64,000 nt of DNA. Origin: Schizochytrium sp. TIO01. Its lineage: Eukaryota; Protista; Bigyra: Labyrinthulomycetes. The notes beneath the pieces are model-generated. The model worked only from the letters and a program-made list of their open reading frames with translations, made no database searches and had not been told where the DNA came from. Both the position numbers and the translations under genes were made by a program. The stretch lies in assembly GCA_004764695.1 (NCBI GenBank), contig SMSO01000014.1:553648-617647 (forward strand), read 5' to 3'. This document shows positions 12,150 to 24,951 of this stretch, piece after piece; the first letter of the stretch is position 1, and each line of letters opens with the position of its first letter.

Positions 12150-14400
12150 CTCAAGAGTTGAAGGCCGCCTCGAGAATTGCTCTTGCGTCCCTGAAGATCC
12201 TGGAGCTTTCGATACGTCCTCGTTATGTACAGAAGCAAAGGACTCTTGATAGGTCTGAAGCCCTCGAAAGCCGCTTCGATTCACGGATGAATTTTCAGCC
12301 TCTCGATGGAGGAGAACATCGATGAATTCTGCCTCAGCTCATGGAAAACATCGGGCAAGTTGTTGGTTATTCTTTTGCAGATTATATCCAGCAAAGCAAT
12401 GAGGACCAGCAAACAGGCAGGAAAGATAAGTTTCTTGGAGTTTGAGGCGATCGTAGACCAGAAGTTGAGGTTGATCATGGTGGTGGGTCGGGATGTTTCC
12501 GTCGGCCTTGCCGTAAACTAAGTCAGACAAGTTAATAGTTAATTTAAACATGAAATAAACAAACAAACAAACAAACAAAAATTATTAATTAATTAATTAA
12601 TTAATTAATTAATTTTAATTTTAGAAAAGCAAAAACGAAAGCAGGGACCGAAAAGGTGCTGCTGGGAGGCAGTGGAGAAGAGCGCAAATACCCGCTTCAA
12701 ATGGCCATTGCAATTGCATTCATCTGGTCAGAGATGTGCTCGCAAATTTGAAGTCAAGATCGAGTGGGACCTCGGACTTAAGGAGCCTTTAAATGCGAGA
12801 AGAAGAAGAACTCAGCTTCTTTGCTGATACGACTGCATCTTGTAATGCAACGAAAGCAGAAAGTTGCAGACTAGATATCTCGGAAATAGAGAGTAGCTGA
12901 TTCAATCAAATGGAACTCCTTTCCATCAAATTTGGCCTCGGGCAAAACGATTGAAGTTTGATTTTTCGACGTGCCATTGCCAAACACCACCAGTGGATTT
13001 TGCAAATCAGGGAGGTTGCGGTCTGGGTCGCTTGCCTCTAACTTTAACGCAACTGGTTTCAGAAAGAATAGAACACATCATCAACATTTGCATGCTGTTG
13101 TTGAAGATGTGGCTAATACAAACAGAAACTGCAGTGCAACAATCTTATGGTCAATGGAACATGAGATTATATTGTATAATCCTACGGAAGTGCCGGCTTT
13201 TGGCAACAATGTAGATTAACCCCGACCTGACCATGGCTCTCTTGTAATAGTAATGACTAACATTGACTCCAAGAAACTCCTGCAAATGACCCAATTTTTA
13301 ATTCTTTCGTTTCTGATCCATTTTCCCGCCGATGCCAATGATCCACAGTTCCTACGAACTATCTTCTAACTCATTGAACGTGACAAAGTCTGCTTTGTCA
13401 TATACGCCACATAGATGACATAGATACGTATCGGTTATTGAGGAAATAAAGTTATTCGGCTCTTCAGTATTGGCTACTGTTACGAGACCCCCAACTTTCA
13501 TAGAGGCCCATAGGACTGATAGGGTGAGCAGCTCGCGGACTTCTCATTTATGTTGCCGCATCTATTTCAAAGTCTTTCGCAAAGCCGATCATACTAGGTT
13601 TCCACACAGGGTCTGTTGGAAAGCTCTATTTTCACAATTGCTAAGGGAAGATGGCACGACCATAGTGCGCAGTCTCATAAGCGAAGCAGCATAATCCTCT
13701 AAACTAAGATAACCTGTGCTGTTTGTGGTCAATCTATTTGACTCTTTTAAAGCCGGATCTGAGCTCCTAATACCCAATCCGGACTGTTAACCAACGCCTA
13801 AAGACTTGTGATTAGTGCTTCAGATCCTTCAGCAAAAGCTAAAAGCTTGCTTGTTTCGATATGATTGATTGGCGTGAAATATCATCATATCGTCGTTGCT
13901 TCTTAGAGGAGTGACGAAACAAACTCAAGAATCAGTCCATGGCTCTATCTGGAACATCGCTAGATGGGCACCCAAGCCGGCGTTCGAAGATCTTTTCTTC
14001 TTTGTCACCACTAAAGAAAGACTATTGAAAATGTATAGTTTCTATCGTCGACAGTGCTCGGATCTAAATCCCTGAGTACTTGCGAAAGCCCCGTCTGTTC
14101 AATCCAAAGCTTATCAATATGTTGGTGCACATTCTCTAAAGCGGCAGTTCTCATCAAGTAGGACGATTGGCCTGGAAAGCTGAGCATTCTTTAGATGTGT
14201 GACATTTCATTGCGGGTAGATGAACTGGTTGTGGACTCGAGCAAGTCTTCATTTCGTACTCCGGTAGACTACGTACGAGGCTGCTCAAGTGAGGTCCGCC
14301 CCAACTAGACCCCTCACAGCCCTGGCAATTGTCTGTGCAGGTCTACTCATTGTCGACCTCGAACAATTTTGGACTTTGCTGTTGAGATGTCTGATGCAAT
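12150..14400 (-). pseudogene. Possible decayed coding remnant between the two ANK-SAM genes
   Basis: Coding-like composition with short interrupted minus-frame peptides (NNLPDVFHELRQNSSMFSSIERLKIHP*IEAAFEGF; LKLEASDPDRNLPDLQNPLVVFGNG; LENVHQHIDKLWIEQTGLSQVL). No long ORF; no family confidently recognised. Confidence 0.2.
12557..12613. repeat. Compound (AAAC)5 and (TAAT)7 microsatellite
   Basis: Read directly. Confidence 0.9.
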
Positions 14401-14910
14401 GCTCCATCATACAAAATTGTAGCAACTCGTGGCTTCTAAAAATAGAAAAAAGTATTTGCTATAGTACATGAGATAAAAAGAAGAAGAAGGAAACAATATT
14501 TGAATAGAATATCTAATGCTTTCATGTGTCTAATAAGTTGGCGTGGGTAGTGTTGTAATATGAAAATTCCAACATGAGTGAGTGTTTAAGATCGAGAGAC
14601 AGAAAATATAACATTTTATCATGCAAGGCTGGTGGAAAACACATCTTGTTGCTTTCCTCGCGAATTTATTATTTTATTTTAATTTAGATATACAGGATAT
14701 TTTGAAATATCATATTGCGTTACCAAAAAAACACAGTTCATTGCGTTCGAACCCAACAAAAATGTTATGGAAAGCCATCACGGGTATCTCAATCCACATG
14801 AGACTTTACAAAGTACTGTGTATGGGGTAAAAACTTGGGGCTGTTTGTGAAATAGTTTCAAATGAAGCGCCCGCAACGGCACCAGGAATAAACCTCTCGA
14901 TTCCGTTTCC

Positions 14911-14919
14911 TATATAAAA
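14911..14919 (+). promoter_or_regulatory. Candidate TATA box, possibly for ANK-SAM paralog B via a 5'UTR intron
   Basis: TATATAAAA followed about 30 nt later by a donor-like AAC|GTAAGA at 14950 and then an AT-rich tract. Assignment to a gene is inference. Confidence 0.3.
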
Positions 14920-16467
14920 TGAAACGCACAACCTCTAGAGAACTAAAACGTAAGATTGGGTCTGCTCGAAACACTAGCCTTGTCAGCGAAAAAGCAAACA
15001 CAGCATCCGAACCCTGGTTTTTCGGGAGATTGCTATAAGTTCAATTATAATCAATAGGTATCTTTTATTTTATTCTGATATTTTATTATTTCAAGTTTTA
15101 AAATACATTTAAAACGTTTTTCATTTTAAACATGCTAAAATTAATTTCATTCGAAAAAGGTACTTGTTTTTTAAAATGCCTTGAAAATAGTAACAACATG
15201 GATTTTCATCGTTGTTAACAATGAATCGTTGAGGCCCTCATGCAAAGGGAGGACAATCAAAGAAATAGAAGCCCTCAATGGTTCCTTCAATTACTTCAAT
15301 TTATAGATACACAAAGAAGAAACTAAATGATTTAATCAATTAATCAATGGACCGGAGGCGAAGAACTGACCTGAATGAGAATGCAGACCCGAAGAACCAA
15401 ATCGAAGAACGAAGAACGGCGATGGCGAAGCGGAGTTATTCGTTTGGGACTTCTGAGTGTCGAGAATAAGCTCGTTCGTACAACGATCCCTTTGACATGC
15501 AGGATGACATGCATGTTTCGCCAGAGCCTTCGTGGCAGAACCAAGAACTAGAATAAGGAGACGAGTAAGCAGCGACGTATTTTCGATTGAGTTTCCTGAT
15601 GGATTGAATGGCCAATTAATTGAATGAGGGATTGAGAATTCGTCGAGTGATGATCTGAGGGAACTTCAAAAAGAGGGCGCTCTGCCGGAGCAGGATGGAA
15701 GGCGGCTAGATAGATAGTGAGCTAGCTACAGATATTGCTAGCTAGCTTTAGGCGAGCGAGCGAGTGAAGAATAAACAAAGTTAGGAATTATAAGTTAGTT
15801 TAGTTGGTTGAAAGTTTCACATAAGTTAGAAAAATAAATAAAATATTTGGCAGGAATTAAATGTGATTAAGCAAAATTATTATTTTTAAATTTAAAAAAA
15901 AAAAAGTGAATAGAAAAATTAAGTCCTTCTATAAGGGAAGCATGCGCACCTGTTCTTTCGTTGGAGTGGTTTTTCGAGGAGATATGAAGAGAAGAAGCAG
16001 CAAAAGGATATTGGAGGCGGAAGCGGTGGAATTGGTGGAAAAAGAACTAGTTGCAGATATGCCTAAGGGTCTGGCATTTTATCTATTTCTTATTTGTTAT
16101 TTGTTATTTGTTATTTGTTATGCTTTTTAAACTAGGTGGCATTAGGAGTACCATGGTTTGTCCTAACTAGGAGTAAAGTGGGTTTTGTTAGCTAGAATTG
16201 TTTAGCTTTAGTTAGTTTCCGTGGGAAAAGTTTTTGATATTGGAAATAACAATGAAACAGAAACAAATTGCGATTCGTTCGCATTTGAGTTCGAAGCAAA
16301 TCCCAAACGAGGGAAGGAACTGCAAGAGCTGTCGGGGCAAGGCACTTAGGCAGACAGCAGCCGTGGATTGAAGAGAGAGGATACGTCGATGAAAAGCTAG
16401 CCTACGAGAGAAGCGGAGCGACAACGGGAAAGTGGGCTGTATAGAAGAGTTTAAAGTCTTAGAAAGG

Positions 16468-17994
16468 ATGCTCCATCATATTAAAACCGGGAATCTTGAG
16501 GGCGTGCAGGAAACAATCAAGGAAAAACCTGAAGCACTCAATGAAAGGCTGAAAGCAACAGCAGATGGAGATGCCATGACGCCGCTGATGTGGGCACTCT
16601 TTGAGAGACAGCCCACGATCGCAAAGTGGCTCATCTCAGAAGGCGCAGATGTTAACTTACAAAGTGCTGACCATTGCACCGCCCTTATCCTCGCCTGTAA
16701 ACATAACCTTCCCTACATTGCAGAGGCTCTTATCCTTCGAGGGGCAAGCCTTGATATCCAGACAAAAGCCAATGGCATGACTGCACTCATCTCGGCATGC
16801 GGCAGTGGTAAATTTGATGTTGCCCAACTCCTCATCGAACAAGGTGCCGATCTGAATGTGCAGAATACTCCGGGTTGGACCGCACTCATGCTCGCTTGCG
16901 GTGCAGGGCAACTTGAGGTGGCTCGTTTGCTTATTGAGCATGGGGCTGAGCTCAATGTTCAGGGTAATCAAGGAAACTCTGCGCTTATGATCGCTTGTGC
17001 TAGCGGGTATCCTGACATTGCGGAGATGCTCATTGATAAAGGCGCACGCGTAGACCTCCAAAGCCCTCCTGGGAACAACGCACTCATGATTGCGTGTGGC
17101 ATGGGCCAAGTCAACATCGCACGAATGCTTCTTGAAAAGGGAGCAGCAATCAACGAACAGAGTAGAGACGGTTGGACTGCTCTCTCTGTGGCTTCACAAG
17201 AAGGTCACACAGAAGTTGCCAAACTTCTTGTGCAAAAGGGTGCTGACCTCGATCTCCAAACAAGCAAAGGTGTCACGGCGCTCATGTGCGCATGCCTCAA
17301 GGGACATTTTGAAATTGGACACCTTCTCGTGGCCAAGGGCGCACAAGTAAACCTAATCACTAACCTGGGTAATACCGCACTCTTGATTGCCGCTCAGGGA
17401 GGTTTTGTGGATCTCGTGAGACTTCTTGCAGAAAATGGTGCCAACCTAGACGCACAGAACCCATTAGGTAAAACCGCACTGATGATCGCCTGCGAAAGTG
17501 GATTCTTTCAAGTCACCGAGGTACTTTGTATACATGGTGCAAAACTTGATGTCCAGAACCATCTTGGGTGGACCGCGCTGATGCTGGCCTGCCAAGCGCC
17601 GCCAAAACCCCCATGCTCGCGCGAGCATCTCATTCGTTGCGTAAAGGCCTGCTGGGTGGCAGGTGCCGACGCTGAAGTGAAAAATAAATTAGGAGCAAAT
17701 GCTCTTCTTGTTGCTAAGCAGTCTGGACGAGACGATGTAGAAACCTTTCTCAAGTTTGTCTTGAATTCTCGTGTCTCACAAGTTCTTTTGCACCAAATGC
17801 ATTGCCCGCGCAATGTACTTCTTTCCTTTTATGAAAACAAACACTGGAATGCTGAAGATTGCTGCGATCTGACAACACAGGACCTTCGATCTCTTGGCAT
17901 CCAGGACTCCCGGCTTCAAAAGGAAGCCTTACAGCGCTTTGACCGGGCAGCCCATCAAGCCTGTTTAAGTTGCCTGTGGACGAGAATCTTTTGA
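16468..17994 (+). CDS. Ankyrin-repeat protein (about 12 repeats) with C-terminal SAM-like domain, paralog B
   Basis: Tandem 33-aa repeats (GxTALMxAC...LLIxxGAxLNxQ). SAM-like SFYENKHWNAEDCCDLTTQDLRSLGIQDSRLQKEALQRF. First ATG at 16468. Confidence 0.9.
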   Translation: MLHHIKTGNLEGVQETIKEKPEALNERLKATADGDAMTPLMWALFERQPTIAKWLISEGADVNLQSADHCTALILACKHNLPYIAEALILRGASLDIQTKANGMTALISACGSGKFDVAQLLIEQGADLNVQNTPGWTALMLACGAGQLEVARLLIEHGAELNVQGNQGNSALMIACASGYPDIAEMLIDKGARVDLQSPPGNNALMIACGMGQVNIARMLLEKGAAINEQSRDGWTALSVASQEGHTEVAKLLVQKGADLDLQTSKGVTALMCACLKGHFEIGHLLVAKGAQVNLITNLGNTALLIAAQGGFVDLVRLLAENGANLDAQNPLGKTALMIACESGFFQVTEVLCIHGAKLDVQNHLGWTALMLACQAPPKPPCSREHLIRCVKACWVAGADAEVKNKLGANALLVAKQSGRDDVETFLKFVLNSRVSQVLLHQMHCPRNVLLSFYENKHWNAEDCCDLTTQDLRSLGIQDSRLQKEALQRFDRAAHQACLSCLWTRIF

Positions 17995-19604
17995 TGATCT
18001 GCAGCAAAACCTCCTTTCTTACTGAATCAGAACATATCGGCAAAGCCATTTACGCAATGGAAGGACTTGCCACCATCACCATGCATTGTAGCTATCACCT
18101 GTCTGGATCGCCTCGATTTTGAGGCTTTGTCCCGTTATCCCCCTCTTGCATCTTCAAGCAAGGCACATTTATATTACCCTAGTAGACATCTTCCATATGA
18201 AAAGTAAAGTATTATTGATCCCAAACTCCCCAAACTCTTTTAGTTTCTGAGCAGGCAGGCAGGTTTGTACCTACCTAGCTAGATGCTATCGTTCACCAAA
18301 CGCAACTTTACACTAGGCACCATCATGATCTGCACAGCATCGTTTCTACTTTACAGCAGCAACTCTTTAGCTTTAGCCAGTAGGTACATAAACTTGCGAA
18401 CCGACGAACGAGTCCGCCACATTTCGCATCCTCAGTCGGTTACAAGTAACACCTTGTACACCATCTATCGCGAAAGCGGTGCCGGAGTGACCTCCGGTTT
18501 AGTCTGCACTTCAGAACTAGAGCTAGAACTATGAGACTCCTATAATGGGTCAGACAGAACACATGAAAGAAAGAACGTTTTAATGGAAATCTAAGCCAGG
18601 CGTAGAAAATAAGCAAACCCAAAGCGCAACGTCCCGCCGTCGGAAGACCTGCGCTCGCGTTGAAAACATGAAGAAGATCAACAAGAAGAAGTCCTGGTAT
18701 GTCGGGCGATTGATTTTCCGAACATGACGGCAGTAGATTATAGAACACCGTGTTGGTGTAGTATTAGTAATTCCTCTTTGGGATAAATGTAATTTGAGGA
18801 ATAGTGTTCCCAACACCAACGAAGCTTTCAGTAGAACCAGAAGATGTGTTCCTACGAACTATATTAAAATTATCAGGAACAGTCTCTGGAGAATCCTATG
18901 CAGCTTACAGTCGTTGATTAGATCTTGATATCGAGTTGCTTATCTAGACGTCATATATATCCTTGTCTTGATCCATTTCATTTTATTTCATTTCATTTCT
19001 TATTTTCTCTATTAATTGACATATGAAAGAATGCAATGCATGTTTCCGATCCTGAAGCAGACACAGTCCTTCCCTTTGCGCATGACCCACCAAAGACCTG
19101 CATCAAAGCAAATCCAGATCGCCAAGGTGCCCAGAGTACCTTCGAGCTCGGAGAAGCTCTGCAGGCAGCAGAGTACCTCGTGAAGGGCCTCGCGGAGGTT
19201 CTGAACACGCAGTCCTGGTCTCGTGGATTTAGTTGACTCACTCGACAAATTCTCCACAACAGCTATTTTAATTTACTTCCCGCATTGTTGCAACAGCAAG
19301 TCCTGCGACACAGCCAAGTACTGAGTCAGCTGTTCTTCAAGGTCTTGCAAATACTTGCGCCTGCGGTGCGGTGCAGAGGTTTCCAGCTTGTCTTTTTGAC
19401 AGAAGAATCATCTGTGTCATCTTCTCTCGCGCAGGGTCTATTCAGAAGAGAAAAAACAGGCCAAAAAAGGCAAATTCCCAAGGGAGGAAGGACAAGAATA
19501 AGCTATACAACGAGGTACTGACAGGGTCAAACTGTGCTGAAAGGGGAAAGGATTTGCTGGATCTATATATCCCTCAGTGACTTAATCTTCAAGTTTTCAT
19601 CAAG

Positions 19605-22600
19605 ATGAATGATAACAATGATGAAATGCAGAGCGTATCGCTCCGACGAGTGGGCAGAATCGTCGCCCATTTGCGAATTGAAGATATTCCGCCTTATCAT
19701 GGGACTTTGGGAATCGAAAGGGTCTTTACAAATAATGGGCAAGCGTCAGTGCGCATCGGAGATGTAAGCATGGAGCTCGTGCCTCCGCCACAAGGCCTAG
19801 AAACCTACATACCAGTCGGCTACCTCGATCCTCAAGGAGAATCGCAAGATGTATTGCGGATTCTCCGCTTTATGATGCAAAAGGATACACTCGGTCAAGA
19901 CATTTACCTCATTGGTCCCCCAGGTCCCTTGCGTCGCCACCTCGTGTTTAAGTATTGCGAATTGGTACAGCGCCCTGTAGAATATGTTGCGCTGTCTCAG
20001 GACACAACCGAAAGTGATCTCAAGCAGCGTCGTGAAATCAACCACGGTACCGCTAAGTACGTCGATTGTGCTGCAGTCCGAGCTGCTAAAGCTGGTAGCA
20101 TGCTGGTACTCGATGGTATTGAGAAGGCAGAACGTAATGTCATGCCGCTGCTCAATAATCTTCTCGAGAACCGTGAAATGAACTGTGAAGATTCCACCTT
20201 CCTCGTTAGTCCAAAGCGCTTCGATGCACTTGTCCAAGAACATTCTACCGAAGAGCTTGCACGTTGGAAACTCATTCGTACATCTGACAGGTTCCGTGTC
20301 ATTGCGCTTGGTGTGCCCATCCCGAGATACCCTGGAAGTGCACTTGACCCACCGTTCCGTTCACGATTTCAGGCCAGAGATGTGCCTTCCCTCAGACCCA
20401 CACAGCAACTCGAAGAAATGGAGCTCTTCATTACCGAACAGACAGACCCCCTAGTTCTACGCCAGGTTGTGCAGGCCTCTGCTGTCTTGAGTGATTTGCG
20501 TCATTCCGAGGGTGGAGCTGCTTCGACCGCCGTCCCAGAATTTGCTCAAGGTTATGAAAATACTGTTGGCCGTTTATTGGAATCTTTCCCACACCTCTCT
20601 CCGCGTGCACTCGCAGATTTCGTTTACCCATTTCCTGCTCTTCTGGAGGGGTCCACTGATGAAAGAGGTGCAGTCATTGATAAGGTTCTTCATCGATTCG
20701 CTCTTGACAAACGCCCCGTGTTTATTCCCAATGCATCAAAGTCGAACCTTGTCATTCTTGACCGTGAACAGCAAATCCGTGGTCAAAATAGCCAGCCAAA
20801 GCCCCTTGCGGGAGGCGATCCGCTTGACTCATCTGTGCTTTGTGATTACATGGTTGCGGAGGTAGTGGCTTTTGGTGCCGCCCATGAAGCACGCGTTCGC
20901 TTCCGCCTTGAGCCTCTGAATAATTACTCAAATGAATACCTTCAGTCCATGAAAGAGCGTGAAACTATTGTAACTGTACTTGCCGGGACCCAGCCCCCTA
21001 TGAAGTCAGTTCGTGGTATGGTTGAGACCCACACTAACATGGCCCAATTCTCAAGAATGGTGCAAGCACATGCCATCGGTGACTTCTGCTTGCTGGGTGA
21101 AAAGGGAGGCGGTAAATCTGCCTTAGTACACTACTTCGCACGTCGCCTGGGCTATGAAGTTGAGCACATTCCCCTCTACAAAGATATCACTGCACGTGGA
21201 CTTTTACAGCGCCGTACTACACGGCCTAATGGTGACACGGACTGGGAGGACTCGAGTCTCGTTGTTGCAGCACTTACAGGCCGTATTGCCATCTTGGATG
21301 GTGTTGAACAAATGATTCCGGGTACCTTGGCTTCACTTCAGCTCCTGGTCTCGGAACGTGAAGCTCGCCTTCCCAATGGAATGCGTCTAATCAGTGCCGA
21401 ACGTTTTGAAATGCTACAGGCTGAGCATGGGCTTTCTCGTGCAGAGCTTGAGGCGAAGGGGGTACTACCAATTCACCCTGCATTCCGCATTATTGCGTTG
21501 GCGCGTCCCACGGGTGTGAAGGGAGGCGGTGCCCCAACTGGAACCTGGCGAGACTGGCTTGGAGCTGAGGTTCAAAGTATGTTTTCTTTCATCTTTGTAG
21601 ATCCTGTTGAGCCTGATGAGCAAAAGTTCATCCTTCGCACTCTCGCCCCACGGGTTCCTGTAGAAGAGCTCGATCACCTCATGAACTTTGCCAAAACATT
21701 GCGCAAAGCAGTTGCTTCTGATGAAATGCTGACACCATTGCTTACAGCGGTGTCCCTTCGCTCTATGATCCGCATTTGTCGACGTATCGCCGTAGATGTA
21801 CAACAACATGGGGACGGCGATTCTAGTGCAGCTCTTCACGATGCGGTTTTGCGTGCGTCCCTCTCGCGCTTCCTCCCCCCCATCGTGCTGGAAACTTTGC
21901 TTGCACAACTGAAAGCGGCTCACATCCTTGCTAGCAAAGGTGGTGTGGGCGCAGACGTTGATCAAATTCTTTCTATTGAGGTTATTGAGGGAGATAGAGC
22001 TCAGGCTCTTTGCAAAGATAGTCGCGCAGTTGGCGTGCTCAAGATTGGCAATGTCACGGTGGATATCATGCCACCGAAGGACCCTTTGCTGATACCAGAT
22101 ATTCTCTTTTATGACAACCCCAGACAAGCGCTTTCAATGCGCGAGATGGTAAAAGATTGGACTTCCGGCCAGCACCTCTTGCTCATTGGTAACCAAGGTG
22201 TTGGCAAGAATAAGCTTGCAGATCGTATGTTGCAATTACTTCGCCTGCCCAGAGAATATATTCAGCTTCACCGAGATACAACTGTGCAGAACCTCACAAG
22301 TAATCCCACGATTGTCGATGGCGTTCTTCAATATGAGGATTCCCCGCTCGTGCGTGCTGCGCGCGAGGGTCGAGTTCTTGTTGTAGATGAGGCCGACAAA
22401 GCCCCAACCCATGTTACAGCGATTCTTAAGGCTTTAGTGGAAGATCGTTCCATGCTTCTCGCTGACGGTCGTCGCATTCTTGACCCTGAAGATGTGGTCC
22501 CTGGAACAGAGGACAAAGTTATTCCATTGCACCCTGAATTCCGTCTCATTGCTCTTGCAAACCGCCCTGGGTTCCCATTCCATGGAAACGATTTCTTCAG

Positions 22601-24628
22601 GGAGGTTGGTGACGTCTTCTCATGTCATGCAATCGACAATCCGGATTCCAACTCTGAGATGTATCTGCTCAAGCAGTATGGCCCCGATGTTCCCGAGGAT
22701 ACCCTGCGCAAGCTGATTGCAGCATTTGACGAGTTACGTACAATGTCAGATGATGGACAGCTATCGTACCCGTATTCTACGCGAGAGCTCACTGCAGTTG
22801 TCAAGCACATGCAACGCTTCCCGGACGATGGAATCGACCGTATTTTGCGCAATGTCTTTGATTTCGATAATTACAGCCATGAAGAGAAGACCTTGCTGGT
22901 AGAAGTCTTCGCAAAACATGGTGTTCCCTTCTCAATTGGGGCATCGAGCTTTCATGTAAGCACAGGGCGCACGCGCACACTGCCTCCTCCGAAACTGATC
23001 GAGCAATGGTCTCTAAGTAACAGTGGCTCTGCAGATGGTCTTCGGTCCGCATCTCATGATTTAATTCGAATTAAGGCTTTCATCACGCCTACTCAAGAGA
23101 TTATTCGCCGCAATCTCAACAGCAAGACAGATGTCTGGCCACTCAAACCGCCCTATATGGAAACTACGCTTGCGCGCAACGAACGTAGCTCTGTGGTGTT
23201 TACAGAGGAACTGCATTCCTTTAATTTGCCTCAGGGTCTCATCCTTGGCGTCACGACTCTCCATGATGGCACAATCCTAGCCCTTGCTCGAAGCCACAGC
23301 TTCATGCTCTATGAGATCGATGCAGGCCAGCAACGTTGTGTGTCGCATGACCTTCACTCGTCGACTCCGGCTGATGGTGTGTATCGAATTGCTCCTCATG
23401 TTGCCAATGTTTTCTCCCTAGGTTCGGAAGGTCGGCGTGCTCTGGTCCAGAACCCACTGAATGGTAATATGCTCGTGATTGACCTAGATAAATCCCAGTT
23501 TCGATTTATCGAGATGCCACCTGGATGTGCTCGCCAAGGTCCTAAGATCCAATGTGTACAGTGCCCAGCACCCTTCCAAACGCGTTTCCTGTTGTATCAG
23601 ACCGGCCACAAGTATGTCACTGTGATTGATTTTGCAGAAGGTAGTGGAGAAACTTTCTCCACGACTAATGTTAGTGTGGACCCTCCTCGCGAGCAGCTTA
23701 TAATCGGTGTTGAGCGAGTCGACGCTTTGTCTGGCAACGCATGGTTGCTTACGTCTACGGAAGACAAAAACGAGCGTCAAACCACCTTCCGTCTTATGCT
23801 CGATGAAGCTGATGGTCGTTTCGTGCTCGACCGTCTCCAGCGCCGTGAACCAGCACCGGAATATGCGAAAACTGCAATGATGCCTTCATTTGTGTCAGGC
23901 AAGTCGATGAAGAGCTCTCCAGGAGCCATTCGCACAGGCGGTGCCCGCATGGTGCAGCTTCGCGAACCGGGCGGCGAGCCGGGTGAGCGTATCCCAGCCT
24001 TCGCTGTTGACCTTCCATCCGCCTTTGAGTCAGGCTCTCGCGCAAACGTTTTCCAAATCGATGAAAAACTTATCGTTGGAGACTCAGGTACTCAAGCAGC
24101 CGAAGAAAACTCTTCCAAGTCTGGAGAGACTAAGCGCAAGGTGGCTCGAATCCATGCACAGCAACTAGAAGATTCAAACTTAATGGCCGTGATTCGTGAA
24201 TCACCAGAACGTATGGTTGTTGATATCGAACTTTACGATGTAAACAACTCCAGCAGGCGTACCTTGACTGTAAGCCTTGAGGATGATGCAATTACAAAGA
24301 ATCAGAATGATCCTGATGCCCGCATGCGCTCCTCTGGCGCTCAAAAGGACTCGCGTTACGGCACTGACGTGCGTCATTCGCCGAACCTTGCGGCCTTCAA
24401 GCAAACCCTTTCGCCTTCGCAGCTCAACATGTTTGCCATGCGTCGCACGAGTATTGCCGAAGCCAGTCAACGCCTGTTCGTGACCGAGCTAAGCGCCACC
24501 TCCATTCTCACGGTTGATTGCCTCGGTACGGCTCGTGTATGGCTGGTGGACGAGCTTGCAATCCGCCAGGCATTTGCAAATTGGCGTAAACTCGTTGGCC
24601 GAGCCGAAGACGAGCCCCTTAAGCTCAT
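19605..24628 (+). CDS. VWA8: VWA8 (MoxR/dynein-like AAA+ ATPase with C-terminal VWA domain), exon 1
   Basis: MMQKDTLGQDIYLIGPPGPLRR, DTTESDLKQRREI, DGIEKAERNVMPLLNNLLENREM, Walker A GEKGGGKS and GNQGVGKN, YIQLHRDTTVQ, VVDEADKAP, YPYSTRE are VWA8 hallmarks. The ORF ends at a GTAAGT donor. Confidence 0.93.
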
Positions 24629-24951
24629 GTAAGTCCATCGCGAATTTGCCATATTTCTTCATTCTTTTCTTTTTCTTTGCGTTGCGTTGCATTAGAAAGT
24701 GCGTTGTTTCATCTGCACGTTGTGAATGAATGTCTCGTACTTAGATTGACACGAGGACTGACGAACTCCCTTTGATTATTCTTGCTGATGAACACACAAT
24801 ATCCCGGATTCTCAACACCCTGTGTCATGGAGGTTGATATATGTTTCTGGATCGAAACCTTGGTGCGGCCTTTTTGCGAAATAATTGCTTTTTACTGCTC
24901 CTGCTGCTTCGACTCGCGAATAGGAATTCAATTTCTAATTGACAACCATAG
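24629..24951 (+). other. GT-AG spliceosomal intron (323 nt, phase 2) in VWA8
   Basis: Donor AT|GTAAGT at 24629, branch-like TTCTAAT near 24933, acceptor CATAG|G at 24951. Splicing joins AT+G = Met in frame with FENDDERKK, giving a 2087-aa protein. Confidence 0.88.

Noticed and set aside
24782-24951. 5' part of the 469-aa ORF as a separate gene
   Set aside because: Lies inside the VWA8 intron; the rest is VWA8 exon 2.
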